NCBI GenBank assembly: GCA_051294375.1
Contig: JBJCIZ010000698.1
Location: 1-46,098 of the forward strand
Origin: Paraspadella gotoi
Taxonomy: Eukaryota; Animalia; Chaetognatha
DNA length: 46,098 nt
Direction of reading: 5' to 3'
Under the pieces are notes generated by a model. It searched no databases. It was given only the letters and a program-made list of their open reading frames with translations, and had not been told where the DNA came from. This document shows positions 33,601 to 43,529 of this stretch, in pieces. Made by a program: the position numbers and the translations under genes. Position 1 is the first letter of the stretch. Each line of letters begins with the position of its first letter.

Positions 33601-36482
33601 GGTGATTGTTGTGGTCACAAGCTCTGGTTTGTGGCACCCATGATGGTTGATTCTGATTGAGTGCAAGGTCGACTGAATCAAACCTAAGCAAGCTGATATT
33701 TTTACATTTTTCTTATATCCATGTTCAGACTATATCAACCCTGGCTATGACTTCAATGTTATACAACACCAAGGATCCAGTGAACACGGATAAAACAATT
33801 AGACTGGAGTTACTTGACGCAGAAACACACAATATATTTCAAAGCACTTTGGTAATTTTTTCTTTTAATAACTATAATTATTATGCAGAATTCAAGTAAA
33901 CTAAGTGGTTAAAGTAAGATAAAGTAAAGTAAAAGTAACATTCTAAACAAAGAAAGAATATGCAAAGATTGAAAGAAAGAAAAAAGTTTTAAAAAAAACT
34001 AATCTTATAGGTCGGCGGGTTCTCAGCGATTTTTGGTCACATTGCTCGACTCGATGCGGATCCACCCGACGAATTCTCGACTGCTTCATATTTGGATGCG
34101 AATGGTAGGTCTTTACCATGTCTTTTTCTTCTTCACACTCACTCATTTCTTCTCCATGCTTTCTACAGCCCTCTATCCATTCGTTTTTTGCTCGTTCATC
34201 CCCTTTTCGGGGTTCCGTGTAATTGACCAGTCCACTGATCCAACAGCATTTAATTTCCTTTCTGAAAAATTAATGCGATGCGACATAGAATTTTTCAATG
34301 AACACCTTACCGCGAATAACACTGGTTATTTGTTTGTGGTCATGACGCAAACAGAGAGGGAAGACGCAGTCAAGTTAAACTTGGATCTATGCTGTTTCCC
34401 CCAGCTAACAAAAGTCAAAACAAAAGATCTGTCACACGACCAGATTAAAGCGGCCAAAGAACTTAAAAGGAAGCTTGATCAGGAACCAGCAAAACTTGTG
34501 TCGGACATTTACTGTAAGGAACAGATAATCTCGGATTTTGTGGAAAATCTACTGTATCTCATTTTGCTCCATAATGTGAAGGTGACAAGGGTAATCAAAA
34601 TCGTCACCTTCAAGTCCTACCAATATTTAAAACCATACATGGAGCACCTTCAGAGAGAAAGGAGTAAAGCTAAGAGCAATATCACCTCGAAGCTGATCAA
34701 ATCGCTAGGTGGGTTGCTTTTATAACCACACAATAAATAAATAAATTAATTAATAAATTAATAAATAAATTCATTTATCAGGTAATAGCGTAAATGGCAA
34801 ATGTCATCAAAATACTGCTAAATATATTAATGCTAGCTTGGCTATCGGAAAAGAAAAGTTCCTTGCGGAGGTTCAAAAGGACAATTTTTTTGATTTTCAA
34901 AAATTATCGGATAACGCAGTGGTAATCATGAAAGATGGTAAATCCATGAAATGCAAGGTAAATAACAATTTACCGTTGAGTATAAACTTTTTCACATCTC
35001 TCATGTTTGACAGTCCATTGATTGATTTTCTTTTTCTTAATTTTTCCCCTTAGAATCCGATTTACATCTCTTCAAAGATATACAGCGGTTCGAAATATTA
35101 CTTATGGCGCTGTTACTATCTCTTTGCGGCGAGAATGGCATACATAGGATCCTTTAACACACGACTTATGCTTACAGGTTTTTCTTTCACATCATTAGAG
35201 TAGAAGCTGTAAGGAGGAGGACCCAAGCTTTTTTTCCACTGTGAACAACACCTAAAACATAACCCAAATCCCTTAAGCTTTTACCCAATCTCTTTTTTAT
35301 AAACTTTAACTAAATTCCTAACCCTTTTCCCCCTTAGCTCACCCCTACCACATGATTTCTAACCAAATCCAAATCCCTTAACCTCACACGCTGATCTCCA
35401 CTGACAAAAACCCTCATACCCACCCGTTACAAAAGATACCGACTCACTCCTCACATCTCAAGTAAAATTGAGGACAAAGATCGAACAAATAGAACTGGAG
35501 AAGGCGAAAANNNNNNNNNNCCAAGTGGATTTTTCCTCCACTTGGACGGGTCAAAGATGGAGTAATATTTATTTTCAAACTTATGCGAATCATTTGGACT
35601 TCTCATGCTTCAACAAGGTGATCACTTTCACTGTCATGGTTTTTTAGTTGCCCCGCGAGTACTCTATAAGTACTCTATAAGTCACTTTTCGGTTGGTCGG
35701 TCCGTCGGTATGTCTGTCCCTCAGTCTGTACCACTTACGTTAAAAACACTTAAAACTTGCCTATAGGTGCTCATTTGTTAAAAATCAAATCTAAGGGATG
35801 ACTTGCACCATCTTTTTGTTTTTTTAATGATAAGTAAAATGAAAAGTGATGCGGTGCAACACCTTGGAATAACCCTTCCTTGTTTTAGGACTCCTTTATC
35901 TACAAATGCTTACGCGACAAGAACGCCAAACTATTGAAAGTTATGCTCGAATTTATTGGGGAATGCACTCGAAACCGGGAGGGTAAATGGAAAGACGAAC
36001 TTGGGTCTACACCTATCAAGGTAACCTTTTTTTGAGCATACTCGTATATCTCTAATTTAAATTCTTAATTNNNNNNNNNNNNNNNNNNNNNNNCCCCCCC
36101 CCATTTTCCCTAGACGGTGTATTGCACCTCCCCGAAACAATACGCGCTTGTTCAATTCCCAAAAGACGCCAAGTTCCCGTACAGCGCTAACGACGAGGAG
36201 GAGACGATGAGCGTCGCAAAGAGCAAAGGGGTTAAAAGAAATGTTTTCTCAAACACTATCAGAGCTGGGGACTATGCTAAAATCATTAAAGATTGTAAAT
36301 CTGTAAGAAGAGTAACTCAACATTCAATAAGGAGAAGAAACCAAAAACTATATATAGTTAAAGAAGAGAAAAAACTTTTAACCTGCTTTACTAGTAAACG
36401 GATTTTTTTTGAAAAACATAACGATGGTCGTTTTTACTTCTCCTTTCCACTATACATGAAAGATATGGTTAACAAATGTTGA
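30688..36482 (+). CDS. pPolB: Protein-primed family B DNA polymerase (pPolB), 10 exons
   Basis: Exons start at 30688, 31172, 33729, 34011, 34169, 34782, 35054, 35436, 35889 and 36114. Motifs: ExoI CIDFEA, ExoII YAHNLAKYD, IKDSL, ExoIII FYVNFDVLLL, motif A YLDAN|ALYP, motif B KLIKSL|GNSVNGK, NPIYISSKIYSGSK, motif C LMLT|DTDSLL, LDFS, GKWKDE, SPKQY, KSKGVK. Exon 8 contains an N gap. Confidence 0.95.
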
Positions 36483-36603
36483 AATGTTTTTTAAATAAAG
36501 TTACTTTGACGTTTACTTCTTGATCTTGATCTCAACAATTCTCGTTTTTGTATTTATTTTAGTCTTAAGCTTTTAAAAGAATACAAAAAAACTTTTTTAA
36601 AAA

Positions 36604-38660
36604 ATGTCAAGTCAAGTCCAAACTCAGCGGTGGATCGATTTTTTTGCACAACCTCTTGGTGAGCAATTGCGATTTCTTTCTTAGTAGCCCACACGCTAAT
36701 AAACCTAATTTTTGTAAAACCTTGCACAAAAATTATTCACAACTTTAACTACAGATCAGGATGACTTTGATACAATAAGATTGACGACGGACAGAATAGC
36801 CCTCTTCAAGGAGGTGAACAAGGAACCGATCGTAGAGATCAAAAGAATCGATCAAAGCCTCAATAAAAATTGGAGGGAGGTGAGTTTAGAAAATATGTTT
36901 AAACCGCTAATTTAACTGACCCATTTACACTTACATTATTTGTAAATTAAATTCCCCTTTCCCCCTCCACCCCTCATCCACAGCACGGGTTCACAACAGA
37001 AGACTGTAAAACCACGTGGTCACTGCCGGTGTGGATGCTCGTTAGCCTCGTGGAGCACAAGGCCTTTCAGCTACTCCAAGCATCAATCAACAACATAACA
37101 GAAGAAACGAGAAAGCTGGAGGGTCATCATGATGAGTCATACCTCCGCAGCATCTGCGATGTAATTCACAATATGAAGGGTTCTAAACAATATAACAGAA
37201 TAATTCTCGTGTTATTTTTTCAATTTTTTCCATCTTAAGAAACTCGCCCTCCCACGGACAAGAATCGGTTCCACAGCATTCGCGATGGAGGTTGTCTATG
37301 AGGAAGAAAAACCCATGGTCAACGGATCAAAGGTTTATGAGTGCTCTTACTTCCTCCCCTCTCTCCCTTTCACAACCCCTTAATATATACATAACCACAT
37401 TACTATACTTTAAACTTATTAAACTCCTTTTCCATACTCACCTCTTTTGCCACTGAGGAGAGACCAAGTCAGAACATACCCTTCAACTAGTTACCTATCT
37501 CCCCAGGTTCCAAAAGGATACTTCGCCCAAATGCGCCGCATCATCGAGCTACCACACAACAACCATGACGTGGTTTTCGTGAGCCAGTTTGACCAGGGCT
37601 CCCCAGGTATAATGATAAAAAAGATTAGAAGCTCAAACTAATATTTTTTTCATATTCAAAGTGAAAATACATGTAAATAAACTAACTTTTTCTCTTACAT
37701 TTAGGGATGAAGGCTCAACTCCACGTCTGGTCACGGGTGTACCAGGCGCTGTTCTGTCTCCCATATACGGGGAGACACGACCAACGGGACTTCTTAAAAA
37801 GTCAGGAAAACGCGGTAATTTTCCTTTTTCTTTATTACCCAATCTAGCCCCAAAACGTCAAACCTTGTAAACCTGTAAACTTTAAAACCCACTTAGGACC
37901 AGGATCAGGCAACAACTTCTTCTTCCGTTTGGTTTCCCAAACAAAACAAAACTCCACCCATAGAGAGAGAAGTGCCGGAACCATATAGGAGGAATTTTTT
38001 CCAGGACCTGCTATCACTCGTCATTGAAAATCACATCGCGGGTTGTCGCAAAAATGATTGCATGACGTGCCAAACATGTCATAAGAATTCGACGAAAAAC
38101 TGGGATGAGTAAGTACTATATCTTTTTCTTCTCATTAGTTATTTTAATCTTGCATGTTTTTCAAACCACGACCATATTTTCTACTTCCAAGATACAATTT
38201 CACCTATCCTTATATTGTATGTATATATAAACCATATCAACAAAATGTTATACTTTCAGGACACATCGTGGGGCCAACCTGGTCAAGGAATATGGTGGCA
38301 AATCCATTGTCGACCTCATTGAGGGGAGAGGATGGGTACATAACAAAGGTGCATTTACTTGTTATATTAGTTTTTAATATAACAGGCTGACTATACATAT
38401 TATTTATATTAATTTATACTTTCATTTCACTCTCAGTCGTCACCGCAAACTGTGGTACAACTTCAGCCAACAGCGTCAACGAAACACCGCTCGACCGAAT
38501 GCGACGACGCCAGAGGAGGAAGCGCGTGAGCGTCGACGCTGAGACGCTACTCTCTCCTGACCAAAAATCTGATAAGGGTTTTAAAACCCCAAGAAAAAAT
38601 CAGACTGAAGAGATTGAAGAGGATGACGACGACATCGAAGTTTACACTCAGAAACTATGA
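36604..38660 (+). CDS. Multi-exon orphan gene downstream of pPolB; middle exons not fully resolved
   Basis: The first four exons join in phase (MSSQVQTQRWIDFFAQPL|DQDDFDTIRL...NWRE|HGFTTEDCKTTW...SICD|KLALPR). A later exon has HIAGCRKNDCMTCQTCH. The last exon ends EIEEDDDDIEVYTQKL* followed by AATAAA. Confidence 0.62.
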
Positions 38661-39127
38661 AATCACGATGTGACAGTAAACTGAAAAATAAATTCATTCT
38701 TTAAGCTTGACGTAGTAAACTTTTCAACCATAATAATCATTGTCCTTAACATGATTCAACTTTGACGTAGCAAACCACGAGCCTTAATAATTTTTATCTT
38801 CAGCGCGAGTTCTATGATTTTCCATCTGTTTTTTCAGCTAGCCTAATCCCACATTTCTACAGCTTAACTGTATAATTTTACTTTTTCTGTACACGTGTTC
38901 TTTTGCAATTTTCCCATTTTTCTTAATAAATTCGTAAACCAATATAATTTTTTTAATTTCACACAACAGTCAAAAAATAAAAGCTTGGTACAATTACACT
39001 TTCCCAAAAAAGGAAAAAAGAATCATAAAAAGTATACTAATCTAGATAAGCTTTAAAAATGGATTACAAAAGCATCAAAGTATCAATCATTAATAAAACG
39101 CAAGTAGAATAAATACGTTTCAAAAAC

Positions 39128-39440
39128 TTTTTTTATTAAGCATGAATTCTCAAAAGAGAATTTTTTTTATTAAAATACAAATCCTCAAAAGAGAATTTTT
39201 TATTAAAGCACGAAATCTCTCAAAAGAGAAAAAAAAGCATAAAATTCTCGGACTTGAAAAAATAAATTCAAAAAGAAAATTATTTTATTAAAGCACGAAT
39301 TCTCAAAGAGGAATTTTTTTTTATTAAAGCACGAGTTCTCAAAGAGAAAAAAACTTGAGAAATGAAACCCTTGAATCTTGTAAGAGAAAAAAAATAACAA
39401 ATTTTTCCATAATTAAAGCACGAATTCTCAAAAGAGAGAA
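39128..39440 (+). repeat. Array of ~6 imperfect ~33-bp repeats, consensus TTTTATTAAAGCACGAATTCTCAAAAGAGAA
   Basis: Copies begin near 39128, 39161, 39195, 39283, 39313 and 39411, with irregular spacing. Confidence 0.85.
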
Positions 39441-39651
39441 CCTAAAGAGGTTTAAAAAAAAACAAAAAACCCTAACGACCCCTTTTTTTTAAACCCTTTC
39501 TAAATCCCCCTTAAACCCAAAATAAAACAAACCTAGGACCCTAAACCTAACCCTAACCTTTAAAACCCAAAAACATTTACCCCCTAAAACAAACTAAAGC
39601 CCCCTACCCCGTCCGCTAACCCTTAAACCTCCCCCTAACCTAACCTAACCC

Positions 39652-40213
39652 TCACTCCCCATTCCCATAGCGGACGGGGGCACGACGAATGCGGATTGAT
39701 CGTCGTGGTTGCGGCACCACCGCGACAGGAGCCGCGTCCTCCTCCGACGAAGACGAAGAAGGCGACGCCTCAGACGCTTCGGAACGATCCTAAATAAATA
39801 TTTTGTATAAATAAATAAAAATGTTGTATAAAAAATATTTTGTGTTAATTTCTTTCTTTTCGTTTTAGGATTAGCGAAAACAAAGTTTATTTTTTTGTTA
39901 GACAGCACAACGATTTTATAAACAAAATAAAAAGTTCTGAATTCTCTACACATTTTTAAATTATTTTTCTCACCAACTCACCCGACTCCGAATCCGAGTC
40001 GGAAGACGACGCCGGCGGAGCTGGCGCGACCCGAGCTGCCAACGGAGCGGCTGCTGGACGCGGTGGCGCTGGCACGGCCTGCGGTGCCGGTGGGACTGGA
40101 ACCCCAACCGGCCGTGGTGGCGGTTGCCCACGAGGGAATCGCATGAGGTGGGGGGGCGGGTAACCCACATCCCTACCCCCCGCAATCCTCCGACACACCC
40201 AACGAAGAGCCAT
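39652..40213 (-). CDS. Pro/Ala/Ser-rich small protein, 2 exons (125 aa); possible extra 5' exon at ~40295-40655
   Basis: GC-rich exons 40213-39974 and 39789-39652 flank an AT-rich phase-0 GT..AG intron. The product ends PRRSIRIRRAPVRYGNGE*. Confidence 0.55.
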
Positions 40214-40954
40214 CGACTATGAAATAATAATAATAATATATATAAAAATATAAGCATTATATAAAACCAATTATTTAAATCAAAGTAAACTCACCACACA
40301 AGCAGAGACGATGGCGCTCAAAAAAAAGAGCGCCACAACACCGATCCACTCGAGAGTGGACCACTCCGCTCATTCTTCTGGCCACCACACCATCCCCCGG
40401 GCTTGTCGAGGACGACGACGAAGAAAACGACGCCGTAAACGTCGCCGCCATTGACGAAGAAGATAACGGCGACGACGAAACGAAGTCTCCATCCCACCCG
40501 AAAATGAGGCCGAGGTCGACACCGACGATGATGCCACGCCAACGTCCCCAGCGACTCCTCGAAGCGATCGGTCGACACCGACGACGACGCCAGACCGAAT
40601 TCCCCCAGCGACTCCTCTAAAGGATCAGAGGCCAAGGAACCCCCGAGACACTCTGAAATTTGAATCAAAATAAAACAAATTTTAAAATAGTTGTACTTCT
40701 AAAGTCATTCGGAAATTTAAATTGAAACAAAATTAAAATTCAAAAAGATTTGTGTTTATTAGCACCTTTCCTATAATAAACGACTAAAAGGTCAATTTCA
40801 GATGTTTATCGGTATCTTGTCTATAATAAATAACTCACCATTATGAACCTCGTGTCCGCTACAAGCGAAAAAAGCGGACCTCGATCCATGCCACAACGAA
40901 GCGCGGCCCGAAAACATCCACGGTGGCTAACCACCATGATAAGAGCAGAGAGCG

Positions 40955-41005
40955 AGAGAGTCGAAGAGAGTCGAAGAGAGTCGAAGAGAGTCGAAGAGAG
41001 TCGAA
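40955..41005 (+). repeat. 10-bp tandem repeat (AGAGAGTCGA)x5
   Basis: Seen directly in the sequence. Confidence 0.9.
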
Positions 41006-43529
41006 AGAGACGAAGAGAACAAAACGAATGAATAACTTTTATTTTAATTTTAGTAAAAAAACGAGCGTCTTGATCGAAATCAAACTAAGAACTGCGAAGA
41101 AAAATTTGAATTACCGGGAAGGTCTTAAGAAATTAACCAATAGCTTAGATAATAATTTTCCCTGACTTTTGATTCGACATCGCAAACAACTCTGATTGGA
41201 CAATCAAAAAATCGAAAATCATAAACCTATAGTAATTGGTTAATTAATTTACTCGTAACGTTACTGATCTAATACTCAATTAAATTGTCAATTAATTCAT
41301 TTCTACTGGTCAACAATTCAAAAATCTTGCTCGTGATTCGTCAACCGAAATTAGTATATCAAACTTTTTTTACCGCCAAACTAAGAAACCGAAAAATCAA
41401 AAGGAAAAAAATTTAGAGATTAAGTTACGATCCGAGTTTTGACCTCGACATAGCCAATGATCTAACACCCGAGAGTAAGAGGTTGAGTCGAGGGGTAAGG
41501 AAAAGATTCGAATCTCGAGTTTCGAGTTTGACTGAACCAAAATTCTGGGGAGGATTCTCCACCGAGATTCATCTTTACTTTTTTCGGCGAAAAAATCGCC
41601 GAGATGTATTCCCGTCGAATTAGTTCGGTTCCCCTCTACGTCATTAGCAATGACCACTGACCGGCGTCCAGGACGACATCGCCCGACAGCCTGCAGCGCC
41701 AATTCGGCCGGCCAAGCGACCCCAAAACAACGTATAACCGTTTCTTCTCGTCCAAGAGACGGCAAAATCAGGGGCTAATGGTAAGTAAGAACTGAGGGAA
41801 AATAAATAGAATGACCGAATGCACACACCAGCATTGGGCGGAGGAAATGGCCGATCAAAATGGCGAGAGGAAATGTCGAAGGCGGCGGTGAGGTCGGCAG
41901 AGGTCGGAGAAGCGGCGAGGCGCGGAGGCGGTGTGGGGTCGGCCAAAAGTTAACTGCTGCCTTTTTTTTATCGGCGCTAGTGGCGATCAACTTTGTCAAT
42001 GAAATTTTCGCAAACGTGAAAAAAAATTCGCCCACTATTTTCGGCAAATGGAATTCTGCCCAAAACACAAGAAATGCCGTGGCCTTATCAATAATATCAA
42101 TTTCGACTAAGCAATCATATCCTTTATATGCATCTTTAGCGAAATCGGATCAAACACAACACAACAAACCAACACGTTTCCCAGAAGACGTATTCGTTGA
42201 AGCGAAAAACCGTTCTCTCTCTCTCTCTCTCTCATGGGCGAATATCGAAGACAGTCAACCTTTTGTGTAGAATGAAAAGGGGCGGAAAGGGAAGCACCGA
42301 CGTTGGAAAGGAAAAACAAGAAAAGGGGCGGGGAAGTAGGCCGCGGCGCCGCAAAAGGCAAACGGGAGCTGGAAAAGGGGCCCGGCGCCGCAAAAAAGAA
42401 TCGGGTTGGCAAAGGAGCTTGGCGCCAGCAAAAAGAATATGGGACTATATGGTATAAATGAAATAATGAAAAAAAGAGTGAGAAAGAGGCTTGTTAGCTT
42501 AAGAGGATTTTTGTTCGTCCACTGCTTAATTTTTTCGCTCCTCTCACGCATATTTGAAGGTTTTTCTGTCCTTTAATTTTAACTACTATCATTTTCTTTT
42601 TTCTTTTTTTTTGTATATATAGTGAAGGTGAGTATGGAGGCTCCGCCTTAGAAAATAGCGCGAAGAAAGGAAATAAAAAAGGCAGGAGATAAGGCCCAGC
42701 ACCTAAAAACGCTCAATAAAAAGAAGCTCGCAGTGCAAGAGGAAAAGAGGTTGAAAAGGAGATTCGGACCCGAATAGGAAAAGCAAACGGGGGAATTAGG
42801 GAATCAGGATGAGGGAAAGAAATGGAGCGGAAAAAGATGCCATGTCGCCCGAGAAAAGCGAAGTGCCGTCCGCAGCATAAGAATCCCTAAATTTCTTGGA
42901 GGAAAAAAACCGGGGCTTTTTTATGGACTCCTTTTTAAAGTGGGCGTTAACCGTTTTTGGATCGCCGCCCGTCGCCTGTTTTCCTTTTTACGGGATTAAC
43001 ATTCAAATTTCAGGAGCACTTTTTTTTTCCGCAGGCTTAAAAATTTTTTTCTTGGCTTTTTTGACGTCAACATAATCTGGCTAAAGTGTCGCGCGTGGTA
43101 ACTTTATGCGCCTTTCGAAATGCGAATGAACTAATGTTAGAGAAAAACTTATCATATGATCTGAAATAAAAGTAATATTGCATTTTTTTATTTCATTTCT
43201 CGTAGTCGGACCGAGGGTTAATATCTCGTCCGCTCTTCTCGCGCGGCCGCAGTACCGAATAAGATCGACTTCTCTCCTCGCCCCAAATTCTCCATCAAAT
43301 CGAGCGACGACTCCAAGATGCTCGAGCGCCGTCGCTTCGTTCTTCTCTCCTGGCGTCGAGAGAAACGTCGTAGGTCAATAACGGTCGGTGCTAGCCTGGA
43401 TGAAAAGCTGAAAGGCAGTGAGGTCATTTTTTTTCGGCGCTATTACTAGTAACTTGTCTGCATTCGATTTGATGACTTCATTTTGTTAAGTAACATTTTT
43501 TTTTGCATCACAAACAATAACTATAGACC

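Larger units (their letters stand above)
885..40213. mobile_element. Intron-rich Maverick/Polinton (endogenous polintovirus/adintovirus-like element); boundaries are minimal, terminal inverted repeats not identified
   Basis: All six hallmark genes co-occur once spliced: pPolB, RVE integrase, packaging ATPase, adenain protease, major capsid and penton-like minor capsid. They are arranged as two divergent blocks. Gene-set diagnosis is from established knowledge of Mavericks. Confidence 0.95.

Noticed and set aside
39128-39440. Repeat array as a CRISPR array
   Set aside because: Repeats are degenerate and mostly abutting, with no regular unique spacers or cas genes, in a eukaryotic context.
39470-39650. 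Telomeric repeat array
   Set aside because: Only scattered, degenerate CCCTAA/CCTAA units; a similar skew occurs in the pPolB intron at ~35250-35430.
40318-42551. Overlapping 60-136 aa ORFs on both strands
   Set aside because: No recognisable motifs and mutually overlapping. The putative 5' exon near 40295-40655 joins the downstream gene in frame only if a homopolymer error is assumed.
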